DNA of 59,209 nt from Coleofasciculus chthonoplastes F2-STO-03 (GCA_040222015.1 JAVJWO010000017.1:1-59209); one strand, 5' to 3'; numbered from the stretch's first letter, positions 41,171-56,292 are shown. The notes: generated by a model from the letters alone, not told the origin. Numbers and translations are program-made.

Positions 41171-41806
41171 TTATCCATGTGTTCCCGTATTTAAACGCTT
41201 GCGTAATAACAAACGTTGAGGATGGCGTCGCCAGAGACTGTAACTCGGCTCTAGATGATACAGTTGATAGCCCATTTTCAGGTAAAGTTGCCGCGCTTGA
41301 TCGTTACTATCTAGGACATGAAGGTAAAGATTGGGAAAGCCCCATGCCAAGGATTGACGCTCGCAAGCTAGCAGTAATTGTCCAGCCACACCCCGTCGCC
41401 GACAACACCTTCTGACCGCTAAATTAGAAATGTAAGGATACTGGTGACCTTGAGGTTGCCAGGATGGGGGAGAACGGAGGGCAATTTCGACAGTGCCGAC
41501 GAGTAGCCCGTCAGCACTATCGCCAGAAGCATCAGGGTTGAGGGCAACAAAACAGGCATAATGGGGAGAATTGCCACGCAGTCGATTCCGCAGATCTTCA
41601 TAAATTCCTAATCGCCAAATTGGATAAACCAAACGCCAGAGTCCCTGTTGCGAGTGAAAGCTATCCGCTAGAATTTCCGAGAGCGCAATTAGATCTTGGT
41701 CTTTTGCCCTCCGGATCGTTAAGCGGGAAGCATCCACAGCCAGCGTCTGCTGAGCTTCAGAAGCAACTTTGTGGGACATCACGAAAGAAAAGCAGGGGTT
41801 CACCAT
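41171..41806 (-). CDS. GNAT family N-acetyltransferase
   Basis: YISNLAV...RRRGVA, LYLHV..N..A..LY.KMGY motifs. Start uncertain. Confidence 0.88.
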   Translation of the reverse strand: MVNPCFSFVMSHKVASEAQQTLAVDASRLTIRRAKDQDLIALSEILADSFHSQQGLWRLVYPIWRLGIYEDLRNRLRGNSPHYACFVALNPDASGDSADGLLVGTVEIALRSPPSWQPQGHQYPYISNLAVRRCCRRRGVAGQLLLACERQSLAWGFPNLYLHVLDSNDQARQLYLKMGYQLYHLEPSYSLWRRHPQRLLLRKRLNTGTHG

Positions 41807-42369
41807 CGCAAAAACATAAAGAGCGCCATCACCACTCCCTTGGGATCAACACTTAACCAGAAATCATCGTCTTTCGTTTCTAGAACGATAGTATTGTACA
41901 AGGAGAGCATTGACGAATCACTTCTTCCCACAGCGCTTTCCCAGGGGCATGACACCATCATAAAGCCGATCAAGGCGCAGCGCTTTGCGTCCTCAAGGTA
42001 TGCTCGATCCCCTAAATTTTCATGATTCGCCCAAAATAGAGGAGTTAGGCGCGATCGCATGACTTTTATGGTAAACCAAAAACCAAGACGCTCAGAACAA
42101 ACATGACTAGTCGGCAACTTGAGGCAGAATACAACCATACTGGAAAACAAAAATTAAAATCAATTGGGGTGTACCACTAACTACCGTCACAATAGCCAAA
42201 TTGCCGCAGGACAAGTAACATGCTTCCTTTAGCCCGTCGTGATAATCGAACTACACTTCCCTGGAGTCAGAGATTTCTCACCGAGCCAGTTATTGCCAGC
42301 CGTAAAAATCTCTAACGTGCGTGCAAACTGTTTTTATTCGCAAAAGCTCTGGCAGCAGGAGAGCGGTGC

Positions 42370-45300
42370 ATGAGATCTCAATCCACACGAAAGCCTAAAC
42401 TTCTGGTTGTTGATGACGAACCCGACAACCTGGACTTGCTCTATCGAACATTCCATCGTGACTATAAAGTCTTGCGGGCAGACAATGGTCCTGCCGCACT
42501 AAAAGTTTTGGAAGCTGAAGGAGACGTAGCTGTCATTATCTCCGATCAGCGTATGCCCCTAATGAGCGGTACCGAGTTTCTCAGTATCACCGCCGCTCAA
42601 TATCCTGATATTATCCGGATTATCTTAACGGGGTACACCGATGTTGAAGACCTGGTTGAAGCCATCAATGCGGGTAAAGTCTTTAAATACGTCACCAAGC
42701 CCTGGAATGCCGAGGAACTCAAGTCAGTCGTGCGGCAAGCCATGGACACTCATAATGTCCTTAAGTCCCGCACCAGTGAACTCTGTCGGGCGTTGCGTCG
42801 GGAAACCCTGCTGAATACCGTAACCAATACCATTCGCAATGCTCAGTATGACAAAAGTGGTAGTTCCCCGCTTAAAGACGTTCTACAGCGGATTGTCGAG
42901 ACGGTGGGTCACTTGCTAGAAGTCGATGTATGCATTCTTCGTCCCTTTCAGCAAGAGCAGTTGGTCGATGAATGGTTTGTCTATCAACGGCAACTGAGCG
43001 ATTCAGATGGCGAAACGGCAAGGTTTAGAGACAATGGTAGGCAACCCTTATCACCGAACCATTCACCATTAGACTTAGCACAGCCGCAACCCAACTCCTG
43101 TACCATAAAAACCACGGGTGAAGAGACAGACGCCACCTCATCGCTACCGCCGCTTTTAACTGAGACGGTTTGGCAAACCCATGAAGTTACCGTTATTCAC
43201 GATGTATTGACAGATGAACGATTTAATCAGGATAGTCCTGAAGTCGAAGCTCGGCTACAGGCGTATCAACAGGCTAATATTCGCTCTAGCTTAGTCGTCC
43301 CCCTGATTAGTCAACAGGAATTGGTGGCGGTAATGGCGTTACACCAATGTGTAGAACCCTATAGCTGGCAAGATGACGAAATTCAGCTAGTGGTGATGGT
43401 GGCAGACCAAGCTGCCATGGCAATTGCCCAAGCACGGGCGTATGAACAGCTACACGCCTTAGCGACGCAGCAAACCTTAATCAACACAATTACTCGCGCT
43501 ATTCGTTCTAGCCTTGACCCCCAAGAAATTTTTACAGCGATTACTCAACAATTAGGCGTTGCTCTCAACGTTGATGGTTGTGTTCTGTCTCTTTGGAGTG
43601 AAGACGATGAGTTTGTTCAATGTGTGGGCTTGTATGATGGGAAATCGACAAAAGTAGTGGGAACGTCGGTTAATCATCACTATCAATCCCCAGAGATTAA
43701 TCAAGTCTCTCTGACTCATTCCCCTACCTCCTCGATTGAATCTGTTTCCTCAACTCAACTTCCTCTGTCAGCTGTTCCGATTGTCGGTAATCCAGTATTA
43801 CGGCTGCTTCTTGATACTCAAGCCCCGGTGGTGCTTGATGATTTGGCAGCCAATCCCCAAATGAATGGGTGTGACCTGCCCCTGCGCCAAAATGCCCGCG
43901 CCCTTTTGGTGGTGCCTTTATTGGTTGATGGCAAAATTATTGGTAGCATTAGCCTGCGGCAAACCGATACCCCACGCCACTGGCTGCAATCCGAAATTGA
44001 GCTTGCCCAAGCCGTGGCATCCCAAGCGGCAATTGCGGTTCAGCAATCGCGACTTTATCAAAAAACGCGACAGCAAGCCGAGCGGTTAATGGAATTAGAT
44101 CGGCAGAAAACGGAATTTTTCCAAAATGTTTCCCACGAATTCCGCACGCCCCTGACCCTGATGATTGGACCACTAGAATCGGCAATTAACCAACATCAGG
44201 GATTACCTTATGAACAAAGTTCAATCGCGCTGCGGAATTCGCGCCGCCTGTTGCGATTGGTTAATCAGCTATTGGATTTACAGCGACTCGATGCGGGACG
44301 GATGCAACCGAGTTTCCGTCCCTGTAACTTAATTGAATTTATTAATCAAATTGTTGAAACTTTTAAACCCTACTGCGAGAAAAAAAATATCAATCTTTTG
44401 ACCCAGGTCAGCCATTGTTCTGGGATTTATTTAGATATAGAAAAATTTGACAAGGTATTGTATAATCTCCTGTCAAATGCGATGAAATTTACCAATGCTG
44501 GGGGGAGTATTACCATCACCGTCAAATCGACGGACAATCGAGTTTGTCTAAAAATTGCCGACACGGGTATTGGTATTAATCAAGAACAACTTCCTCATTT
44601 GTTTGAACGGTTCCGACAAGCAGAAGGCTCAGTAAACCGCAGTTATGAAGGTAGCGGTTTAGGATTAGCGTTGGTGAAAGAATTAGTCGAACTCCATGGG
44701 GGAGAAATTGGCGTATCCTCGGAACAGGGAAAAGGAACAACATTCACCATTCATTTACAACAAGGAAAAGCTCACCTCCCCGTCGAGCAAATTGTGGATA
44801 TTGCCACTGAAATCAAATCCAGTCGCGCCTCTGTGGAACTGGCGGACTTGGAGATGGAATCCTTCTGGGAAGAACAGGAGCAAATCGAAGCAGAACCTCA
44901 AGAAACTGGAGATGTTGATTCAACCGTTGAGTCAACTGTACCGTTGGCGGCAAAAATAGCGCGAATTTTGGTTGTCGATGATAATTCTGATTTACGGGCT
45001 TATGTGAAGAACATTCTTAAGCAATCCGGTTATCAGGTGTGGACAGCACGGAATGGTGAGCAAGGATGGCAAATGACGCAGAAATGCAATCCTCAGCTTA
45101 TCGTGACGGATTTGATGATGCCTGTGATGTCAGGACTGGATCTGATTCATACAATTCGGGGTTCCGAGGACTTTAAGGGAATACCGATTATATTGCTGAC
45201 GGCAAAAGCTGACGAAGCCAGTCGGATTGAGGGAACGGAAAAGGGGGCAGATGCTTATCTCTCGAAACCGTTTAATGACCGGGAATTGTTGGCAGAAGTC

Positions 45301-46059
45301 CGGAATTTGTTGGCGCTTAAAGAACAAGAACAGCGCGTGGTTGAGTTAAATCGATATCTAACCGAGTCGGTACTGAAGCGCTTTTTACCCCCAGCTATGG
45401 TAAAGAAAGCTGCACGGGGAGAATTGGCACTGGATTTACATCCAGAACCTCGCTTGGTTACCTCCTTGTTTAGTGATATTGTTGGGTTTACCGAGTTGTC
45501 GAATACCTTGCGATCGCGTCGAATTGCCGAGTTGCTCAATGAGTATCTGGTAGCCATGACTCGTGCGGTGTTTGATAATGGGGGTACGGTGGATAAGTTT
45601 ATGGGAGATGGTATTTTAGCGATTTTTGGCGCTCCTGAAGAATTAAGTCCTCACGAACAAGCTCGACGGGCAATTGCCTCGGCACGACAAATGTTGCGAT
45701 CGCTGGATAAACTGAATCAACAGTGGCAAGCTAGGGGACTCGTGGGTAATGGAGGACCCCCGCCTGTAAGATTCCGCTGTGGGATTCATCAAGGAACTGC
45801 TGTAGTGGGAATGTTTGGTGGAGATGAACGAACCGACTATACCGCGATCGGTCCTTCGGTGAATATCGCCGCCCGACTGCAAGAAGCCGCTGAACCGAAT
45901 TCAATCCTGGTTTCAGCATCAGTTGCCGATTGGTTAGACGATGACTCGATCGCGAAGTATCGTTCTCTTAAGCTTAAAGGCGTGGATGAAACCGTTTTAA
46001 CCTTTGCCGTTAACCCTGTACCCGTGAATTCCAATTCACCCGATCAGGGGAGTCGGTAG
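42370..46059 (+). CDS. cyaC: adenylate cyclase CyaC (REC-GAF-GAF-HisKA/HATPase-REC-cyclase)
   Basis: VVDDEPDN receiver, two GAF domains, SHEFRTPLT, G-boxes, second receiver, and FSDIVGFT/DKFMGDG/VNIAARL catalytic motifs. Confidence 0.93.
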   Translation: MRSQSTRKPKLLVVDDEPDNLDLLYRTFHRDYKVLRADNGPAALKVLEAEGDVAVIISDQRMPLMSGTEFLSITAAQYPDIIRIILTGYTDVEDLVEAINAGKVFKYVTKPWNAEELKSVVRQAMDTHNVLKSRTSELCRALRRETLLNTVTNTIRNAQYDKSGSSPLKDVLQRIVETVGHLLEVDVCILRPFQQEQLVDEWFVYQRQLSDSDGETARFRDNGRQPLSPNHSPLDLAQPQPNSCTIKTTGEETDATSSLPPLLTETVWQTHEVTVIHDVLTDERFNQDSPEVEARLQAYQQANIRSSLVVPLISQQELVAVMALHQCVEPYSWQDDEIQLVVMVADQAAMAIAQARAYEQLHALATQQTLINTITRAIRSSLDPQEIFTAITQQLGVALNVDGCVLSLWSEDDEFVQCVGLYDGKSTKVVGTSVNHHYQSPEINQVSLTHSPTSSIESVSSTQLPLSAVPIVGNPVLRLLLDTQAPVVLDDLAANPQMNGCDLPLRQNARALLVVPLLVDGKIIGSISLRQTDTPRHWLQSEIELAQAVASQAAIAVQQSRLYQKTRQQAERLMELDRQKTEFFQNVSHEFRTPLTLMIGPLESAINQHQGLPYEQSSIALRNSRRLLRLVNQLLDLQRLDAGRMQPSFRPCNLIEFINQIVETFKPYCEKKNINLLTQVSHCSGIYLDIEKFDKVLYNLLSNAMKFTNAGGSITITVKSTDNRVCLKIADTGIGINQEQLPHLFERFRQAEGSVNRSYEGSGLGLALVKELVELHGGEIGVSSEQGKGTTFTIHLQQGKAHLPVEQIVDIATEIKSSRASVELADLEMESFWEEQEQIEAEPQETGDVDSTVESTVPLAAKIARILVVDDNSDLRAYVKNILKQSGYQVWTARNGEQGWQMTQKCNPQLIVTDLMMPVMSGLDLIHTIRGSEDFKGIPIILLTAKADEASRIEGTEKGADAYLSKPFNDRELLAEVRNLLALKEQEQRVVELNRYLTESVLKRFLPPAMVKKAARGELALDLHPEPRLVTSLFSDIVGFTELSNTLRSRRIAELLNEYLVAMTRAVFDNGGTVDKFMGDGILAIFGAPEELSPHEQARRAIASARQMLRSLDKLNQQWQARGLVGNGGPPPVRFRCGIHQGTAVVGMFGGDERTDYTAIGPSVNIAARLQEAAEPNSILVSASVADWLDDDSIAKYRSLKLKGVDETVLTFAVNPVPVNSNSPDQGSR

Positions 46060-46176
46060 TGCAGGGAAGTTGGAGAGCAGGGGGAGGATGTAGGATGTCA
46101 AATCCTCGATTAGGAATCTTTGAAGCGCTCACTACGTCTATTGTGGAATGTAGAAATTTTCGGCAACTACACTAAC

Positions 46177-46953
46177 ATGAAACGTTTACGATGGCTCAAC
46201 GTTGGAGTTCTAACGACGGCATTTCTACTCACCGTCGGAGCTTCAAGTCCCCTCAAGGCAGGCACATTTGATAGTCAAGAAGTCAATTCTGATAATTTTA
46301 TTGCCGTTGCTGCTCCTTTTGGGGATGATAAGTATCAATTACTGATTATTGAACAGCGCTCCAACCAACGCGCTTGCTGGCAGGAGGTGGGAAGTAATCC
46401 CGCGATCGTTGATCCGTTACTGCTCAATTTTGACTTTACAGGCATTTGCGGACGTAGCACTGATAGTAATGGTTATTCGATTCGCATGGAGGGTCAAGAT
46501 TTAGGATTAGACTATTTGCTGAGAGTTGTCGAGCGGGATGGCGAGTTAGTCCTCATTGGTACAAATCGGATGAATCGTCAAGCTCCCAAGGTGGAAATTG
46601 GCAGAACTCGAGGATTGAGTAATGGCAATTTCCTCAAAATTGAACTTGATCCCGGTTGGCGGTTCACTCGACGTGCTTATCAAGGTCGAACTTTAGGTCA
46701 TATCTATCTAACCAGCGATACAGGGGTTCCAGCGACACCAGGGGTGAGTTCTCCCCCCAACCCGCTAACGCCAGCAGTACGGGAACCTGCACCCGCAGAA
46801 ACCGAGCGGGAGTTTATTTTTACGAAGCCAAGGGAGGAAAATACTCCACCATCAGTTACTGTACCCACCCTAGATAATCCAGCCACAAATCCTCAAACCT
46901 TACCCCCTCCTTCTTCCAATCAGACTGTACCAATTTTGGAAGAGTTAAGGTAA
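46177..46953 (+). CDS. DUF3747 exported protein
   Basis: Signal peptide; LLIIEQ...CW...VDPLLLNFDFTGICGRSTDSNGYSIR motif. Start placed at ATG 46177. Confidence 0.8.
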   Translation: MKRLRWLNVGVLTTAFLLTVGASSPLKAGTFDSQEVNSDNFIAVAAPFGDDKYQLLIIEQRSNQRACWQEVGSNPAIVDPLLLNFDFTGICGRSTDSNGYSIRMEGQDLGLDYLLRVVERDGELVLIGTNRMNRQAPKVEIGRTRGLSNGNFLKIELDPGWRFTRRAYQGRTLGHIYLTSDTGVPATPGVSSPPNPLTPAVREPAPAETEREFIFTKPREENTPPSVTVPTLDNPATNPQTLPPPSSNQTVPILEELR

Positions 46954-47080
46954 GTGTTGTGTAGGGGCGGGTTTCACTACTATCACTTTTTGCCTCATCC
47001 AGATGCGACTAAACCCGCCCCAATACTGCTCAGATAAGCTCCAATTTCATTTATTCTCCCCCTGCTCCCCCTGCTAACCG

Positions 47081-48295
47081 CTAATCCCTCATCCTTTGTA
47101 ACTGCGTTCTCTGTCGCCTACGCCGCTGAGGTGGTGATTGGCGACGGTTTTGTAAAGAAACGACTTGAGCTTCACTACTTTCTCTGGCTACCCGAATCAA
47201 CAATCCAGCCGAACACAAATTAGCAATCATGGAACTTCCCCCATAACTAAAAAACGGGAAAGGTAAACCTGTAGTCGGAAGAACCCCCGTTGCCACACCA
47301 ATATTTAACAGCGACTGACCGACAATTACAATCATCGCTCCGATCGCGACTAACCGATGCACAGGATGACGGGTTTTCAATGCCACAATTGTTGCCAAGG
47401 TAGCATAAGCTACGATCAGCAGCAGCAACAACATACTGCCGACAAAGCCAAATTCTTCAGCAAATACGGCAAAAATAAAGTCGGTGTACTGAATCGGTAA
47501 ATAAAACAACTTTTGTTGGGATAGACCAAACCCTGAACCCCATGTCCCTCCCGAACCCACCGCCAGCAGGCTTTGAATCAATTGATAGCCGTCATTCATC
47601 GGATCAGCCCAGGGATTAAGAAATGACATCACCCGACGTCGCTGATAGTCTTTGATGCTGATACTAATCGTTGCCAGTAACACGCCCCCCAAGGCGGTTC
47701 CTCCTAAGTAGGAAAAGGGCAAACCAGCCGCCAGTGCAATTAGCCACAGCGTCATCCCACATAGCGCCGTTGTACTCAGATTGGGTTGGAGCAAAATTCC
47801 CAACAGCACTAGGGCAAACATCCCTAGCCAGAACAGGCGTACTCGCATGGAAATCTGTTGCCATTGCCCAAAGATGCAAGCACTCTGAAGGATCAGAAAC
47901 GGTTTAATTAATTCCGAGGGTTGTAGGGGAACAGGACCCATGGATAGCCAACGGGTTGCGCCATTAACGGTCGTCCCCACACCGGGAATCAAGATGATCA
48001 AGATCAACCCCAATAACACCAGCATTACCCAATGGGCAATTCTCAGGATATACCGTAAAGGCGATCGCACAAAAAAATTAAAGGCGATCATGCCTAGGGT
48101 AATCCAGATAAGCTGTCGTTTGAAGTAGTATAAACCATCGCCAAACTCAGCATCGGCACTGGGATAGGATGCGGAGAAAAGCACCGCTAAACCGACCAAT
48201 AGCCACAGAAATGTTAACCAGCGCAACAGGCGGGCATCGATTGCCCAGTCCTTAGCCGAAGGATGAATCCATGAAATCAGATTGCGTAGAGTCAC
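47081..48295 (-). CDS. ftsW: SEDS peptidoglycan polymerase FtsW
   Basis: NGATRW, QPSELIK, GYQLIQS, TDFIFAV.AEE.G and P.TG...PF.SYGGSS motifs. Confidence 0.92.
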   Translation of the reverse strand: MTLRNLISWIHPSAKDWAIDARLLRWLTFLWLLVGLAVLFSASYPSADAEFGDGLYYFKRQLIWITLGMIAFNFFVRSPLRYILRIAHWVMLVLLGLILIILIPGVGTTVNGATRWLSMGPVPLQPSELIKPFLILQSACIFGQWQQISMRVRLFWLGMFALVLLGILLQPNLSTTALCGMTLWLIALAAGLPFSYLGGTALGGVLLATISISIKDYQRRRVMSFLNPWADPMNDGYQLIQSLLAVGSGGTWGSGFGLSQQKLFYLPIQYTDFIFAVFAEEFGFVGSMLLLLLIVAYATLATIVALKTRHPVHRLVAIGAMIVIVGQSLLNIGVATGVLPTTGLPFPFFSYGGSSMIANLCSAGLLIRVARESSEAQVVSLQNRRQSPPQRRRRQRTQLQRMRD

Positions 48296-48442
48296 TAATC
48301 GTCAAATGATTACTCTCAATTAGGGTAACGCAACCGGAGTATATCATCCAGTCATTGCATCAGTAGGCTTAAAAGACACTAGAGTTTATTTTAGGCTTGT
48401 ATGCTAAGATCGCAAACATGATATCTTTTATCCTAAAAAATT

Positions 48443-48700
48443 ATGCGACTGGAGGATTATTTTAATTTTTTAGCTCCTGATGACATTCGACTCAAAGGTA
48501 CAAGAATTGGAATCGAAACAATTTTATACTATTTGCATAATAAGGAAGCTGTTGAAGCTTACATGACCGATTGGTTAGAGTGGGGCGATCGCATGCGAGC
48601 AGAACAACAGCGGAGTCCTCGTCCAGTTGTAGAAAGGCTGCGAAAATTGAAAGCGGAAAAACAGGCAAATCAAATGGATCATGCTCAAGTATCTTGTTGA
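48443..48700 (+). pseudogene. DUF433 antitoxin with apparent internal in-frame deletion
   Basis: DDIRLKGTRIGIETILY joins directly to YLHNKE; the usual 'EEI...YP.L..EQVYA' helices are absent. Confidence 0.6.
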
Positions 48701-49001
48701 TGAAAATGTTGATCCAACTTATACCAAGCAACTCCGCCGCCTTAATCCAGATTTATTTACGATCGCAGTAGGCGATATTACGGCTCCACCCAAAGGGACA
48801 TTAGATCCAGAAATTTTGCTTTGGTGTGAAGAGAATCGCTGTATTCTCGTTACTAACAACCGCAAATCTATGCCAGTTCATCTGGCAGATCACATTGCGC
48901 TAGGACACCATGTACCGGGAATTCTTATCCTTAATCCCAACTATACCTTCGACAATCTTCAATCAAAAAGGGGTCATCGCGACCCCCCACCTTTGCCGTA
49001 G
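48681..49001 (+). pseudogene. DUF5615 PIN-like toxin, C-terminally truncated
   Basis: YLVDENV, GTLDPEIL, ILVTNN and H.PGI motifs; the tail after ILNPN reads into the apcC 3' region. Confidence 0.65.
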
Positions 49002-49011
49002 AAACTACTTC

Positions 49012-49215
49012 TTAAAGCAACCCAGTATTTGTACCTTGTTTGCCAGTGGCTAGCTTCACCTTGATAATTTTGCCGCCCATTTTCATGATCCGCTGTTGTT
49101 CCCGAAACCAGTTGTCGTAGGGAACTAACTTAGTGAAATAGGTGTTTTGCAACTCCCGTTGAGTTCTGGTTCTAGTTTGGCTAGGGACGCAAGCCGTCAC
49201 CTGAAACATTCGCAT
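49012..49215 (-). CDS. apcC: phycobilisome core linker Lc7.8
   Basis: MRMFQVTACVPSQ...QRELQNTYFTKLVPYDNWFREQQRI. Confidence 0.98.
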   Translation of the reverse strand: MRMFQVTACVPSQTRTRTQRELQNTYFTKLVPYDNWFREQQRIMKMGGKIIKVKLATGKQGTNTGLL

Positions 49216-49417
49216 GATTGAAGTTCTCCTAATTAAAACTCAAAAACTTTAAATTCAAATCAGGTTTGGGACTCAACTGCCAATACTAGATTGTCAAAAC
49301 TCATCTGCTTAACCAAAAAGTCAGACTTGCCTTCAACAAGCTAGCACTCACAATTGACTTCCCAAACCTTGAAAAAATGACCGACTACAGGTTCACAACG
49401 GAACGTTCCAGAAGTCT

Positions 49418-49903
49418 TTAGCTCAAGCCAGAGCAAATGTAGTCGAAGTAAACACCCATTTCCTTACCAGCATCAGCACCAACCAGACTGGCGGTAACTT
49501 CTTTCATGGCTTGGATGGCTTGTACGGTTGAACTAATGGGAACACCTAAAGAGTTATAGGTTTCCTTGAGTCCATTCAGTACCCGCTCATCCAGGATGGA
49601 GGTGTCACCCGCCAACATGGCATAGGTGGAGTAGCGCAGATAGTAGTCCAAGTCCCGGATACAAGCAGCGTAGCGGCGAGTGGTGTACATATTGCCACCC
49701 GGACGAGTAACATCCGAGTAAAGCAAAGACTTAGCCACAGCTTCTTTAACGATAGTTGCTGCGTTAGCACTAATTGTGGTTGCCGCACGCACCCGCAATT
49801 CACCCGTGGCGAAATAGCCCTTGAGCTTGTCCATCGCAGAGGCGTCCAGGTACTTTCCTTGAACGTCGGAAGAGTTAATAACAGAGGTAATTGCGTCTTG
49901 CAT
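49418..49903 (-). CDS. apcB: allophycocyanin beta subunit
   Basis: [20 protein letters not shown]...[10 protein letters not shown]. Confidence 0.98.
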   Translation of the reverse strand: MQDAITSVINSSDVQGKYLDASAMDKLKGYFATGELRVRAATTISANAATIVKEAVAKSLLYSDVTRPGGNMYTTRRYAACIRDLDYYLRYSTYAMLAGDTSILDERVLNGLKETYNSLGVPISSTVQAIQAMKEVTASLVGADAGKEMGVYFDYICSGLS

Positions 49904-50008
49904 CGATTCTATTTTCCTTATTTCACCTAGTCTCTCGAATCCTTAAGACAGACGTGCAACGTCCAGGTGTGGATGCGTCATGCTACGTCTTTCCCCGTAG
50001 GATAGGGT

Positions 50009-50494
50009 CTACTGCATTGCTCCGATTACATAGTCGAAGTAGGAGCCAGCTTCAGCCGCATCTTCCCCAGTCATCATACCGGTAGCCGCGGTTTTCATGG
50101 CACGAACGCCTTCGACAACAGCGTCAACGGGAGTTCCTAAAGACTTGTACATTTCCCGCACGCCGACTAAGCCAATTTCTTCAATTGGGGTAACATCGCC
50201 AGCGACAATACCATAGGTGATCAGGCGCAGATAGTAGTCCAAGTCACGCAGACAAGTTGCTGTCATTTCTTCACCGTAGGCATTACCACCGGGAGAAGCA
50301 ATATCAGGACGCTTCTGGAATAACTGGTCTCCAGCTTGCTTAACGATGCGCTCACGAGAGTCTGTCAACGTTTGAGCAACCCGTAGGCGACGATCACCAG
50401 AGGTCACAAACGACTTGATCCGGTCTAATTCACCAGGGCTTAGGTAACGAGCCTCGGCATCGGCATTCACGATTGATTTCGTGACTATACTCAT
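50009..50494 (-). CDS. apcA: allophycocyanin alpha subunit
   Basis: [23 protein letters not shown]...TATCLRD. Confidence 0.98.
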   Translation of the reverse strand: MSIVTKSIVNADAEARYLSPGELDRIKSFVTSGDRRLRVAQTLTDSRERIVKQAGDQLFQKRPDIASPGGNAYGEEMTATCLRDLDYYLRLITYGIVAGDVTPIEEIGLVGVREMYKSLGTPVDAVVEGVRAMKTAATGMMTGEDAAEAGSYFDYVIGAMQ

Positions 50495-50873
50495 TTACAG
50501 GATTCCTCCTCCAAGAATGTAACCAGGTGTGTGTACTTAAACTGGCTTATTGTAACTGTTGAAACGCTGAAACGCTTCCCAATGGGCTAGGCTCTCCAGC
50601 TTAATGGCTGACTCTGCCTGATCTTGAAACGACTTAATCGACTCAAGATTGGTGAGAGTAGCTAGCGATACATTAGGTCAGTGAGACAGCTCTCTTCCGC
50701 AAATATTTTGCGATAGATTGTTCACATTTTTCCTATGTTCGCAACATTTTGTAACATTTGTCCTCAGATTTAGGGGTGAGAGAACGCTGATTATAGAGAC
50801 GTAGCAGGCTACGTCTCTACACCCTATCTTCCTCAAAGACGTGCCATGGCACGCCTAAAACATTACCATTACC

Positions 50874-54185
<3,312 letters not shown>

Positions 54186-54727
54186 TTAAACGCTCCCATC
54201 GACAATTGCTACTGACTGTGTTAAGCCTGACCAGGGTATTCATCCAGTTGAGAAGGCAGAATAGGTTCAGCACATCAAGATTTATTCCCAGACCCGATTG
54301 CTCATGAGCTGGGATATTCTTCGTTACCTTGCCCTAAATCAATCAGTGACCTCGCTCAACCTGGTCAGCATCTAGAGTGAACTACCAACATCAAATCGAT
54401 TATGATGTTAGCTTCGCGTCTCATTCGCCGATGCCGCCACACCATAAAGATGTATTGGTCTTACTCAGCGTCTCTGGTTGGAATCCAACCTTTATCTCCG
54501 AGAGTTGGAGAACCCGCGCAGCCGCCCTTCCAAGGCAGAAAAGCTTGCTGATTTGTTTACACAAAAGTTTAAAACGTTTCTGATCTGCTTAACGGCATTA
54601 TTAAGAAGTGTATAGAATACATACCAAAATTTTACAGTGTCATAACAGAGTCATCATAGTGGATTTACCTCACTCACTGATAAAAAGCATAAGTTTTGTT
54701 ACATTAGTTCGGGTTCTGAGGGGTGAA

Positions 54728-54860
54728 GGAGCTGGGGGAGCCGGGGGAGCCGGGGGAGATGGGGAAGCAAATGACGAATGGCAAATGACAAATGACGAAT
54801 GACAAATGACGAATGACAAATGACGAATGACAAAGGACAAATGACGAATGACAAATGACA
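54728..54860 (+). repeat. 9-mer G-rich repeat followed by a (AATGACA/AATGACG)n heptamer array
   Basis: Read directly; about 12 heptamers run into the start codon at 54848. Confidence 0.92.
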
Positions 54861-56035
54861 ATACCAGTACCGCTGTCGCCCGGTTATATGACGCTTACCC
54901 CTTTCCCCCAGAACCCCTGTTGGATGAACCACCGCCGGGGTATAACTGGCGCTGGAATTGGTTAGCCGCCTATAATTTCTGCACGGGTAAAAAACCGTCA
55001 AGGCAGGATATTCGGATTTTGGATGCGGGCTGCGGTACAGGGGTAGGAACCGAATATTTGGTTCACCTGAATCCCCACGCTTCGGTGGTGGGGATCGATT
55101 TGAGTGCTGGGGCGTTGCAGGTGGCGCAGGAGAGGTGTCATCGTTCTGGGGCGAATCGGGTTGAGTTTCATCACTTGAGTCTTTATGATGCCCAACAACT
55201 GGAGGGAGAGTTTGATTTAATTAACTGTGTGGGCGTATTGCATCATTTGCCTGATCCGATTCGCGGCATTCAGGCATTAGCACCCAAGTTAGCACCAGGG
55301 GGCTTGATGCATATTTTTGTTTATGCTGAATTGGGGCGCTGGGAAATTCGACTGATGCAACAGGCGATCGCACTCTTGCAAGGGGAGCAGTGTGGGGATT
55401 ACCATGACGGGGTGCAAGTCGGACGCCAAGTTTTTGAATCACTACCAGAAAATAACAGACTTGTCAAGCGAGAAAAAGAACGTTGGTCATTGGAAAATCA
55501 ACGGGATGCGAATTTCGCGGATATGTATCTGCATCCCCAAGAGATTGACTACAGGATTGATAGTCTATTTGAGTTAATTGAGGCGTCGGGGTTAGAATTT
55601 ATCGGCTTTTCTAACCCTGGATATTGGCAATTGGATCGCCTATTAGGGAAAAATCCAGGATTAATGGAACGGGCGAGTGGATTGTGCGATCGCGAACGGT
55701 ATCGTTTAATTGAATTGTTAGATCCAGATGTGTCCCATTACGAGTTTTTCTTGGGGCGTCCGCCTTTACCGCAGGTTGATTGGTTACAGGATCAGGAGTT
55801 ATTAGCGGCGATTCCAGAACGGAATCCCTGTATGGAAGGGTGGCCCAGTCAATGTCTATTTAACTACGATTATCAGATTATCAATTTAGCAGATGCCGAG
55901 TTTGCTTTTCTGCAAGCCTGTGACGAAAATAGCAGTAAACAGCGCACTGTGGCAGAGATTTTAAGGGATGTGAAGTTAGGATTAGATGGCGTGCGATCGC
56001 TCCAACAGCAGCAGCTTATTATTTTGAGTCAGTGA
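54848..56035 (+). CDS. class I SAM-dependent methyltransferase
   Basis: ILDAGCGTG, GIDLS and FDLINCVGVLHHL motifs. Confidence 0.9.
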   Translation: MTNDNTSTAVARLYDAYPFPPEPLLDEPPPGYNWRWNWLAAYNFCTGKKPSRQDIRILDAGCGTGVGTEYLVHLNPHASVVGIDLSAGALQVAQERCHRSGANRVEFHHLSLYDAQQLEGEFDLINCVGVLHHLPDPIRGIQALAPKLAPGGLMHIFVYAELGRWEIRLMQQAIALLQGEQCGDYHDGVQVGRQVFESLPENNRLVKREKERWSLENQRDANFADMYLHPQEIDYRIDSLFELIEASGLEFIGFSNPGYWQLDRLLGKNPGLMERASGLCDRERYRLIELLDPDVSHYEFFLGRPPLPQVDWLQDQELLAAIPERNPCMEGWPSQCLFNYDYQIINLADAEFAFLQACDENSSKQRTVAEILRDVKLGLDGVRSLQQQQLIILSQ

Positions 56036-56292
56036 TTGTCATTTGTCTTATGTCATTTGTCTTATGTCATTTATTGCTCCCCTCTCCCCTGGTGGGAGAG
56101 GGGCTGGGGGAGAGGGGGATATGCGACTAAACCCGCCCCTAAACCCAACCCTAATAAACTAGGTTTAGGCTTCTGTAAGCGAAAGTTATAGTCAGGGCGG
56201 GTTTAGTTAAGTTAGTGGTTTGAGCCGATGCGTTATTGGTGAAACCCGCCCCTACACATTCAAAACTAAAAATTTCTTATCGTAAATTGTCA

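Noticed and set aside
54608..55001. Short ORFs such as MSFVIRHLSFVI
   Set aside because: Products of the heptamer array; the same applies to ORFs at 16165, 16760 and 32653-32880.
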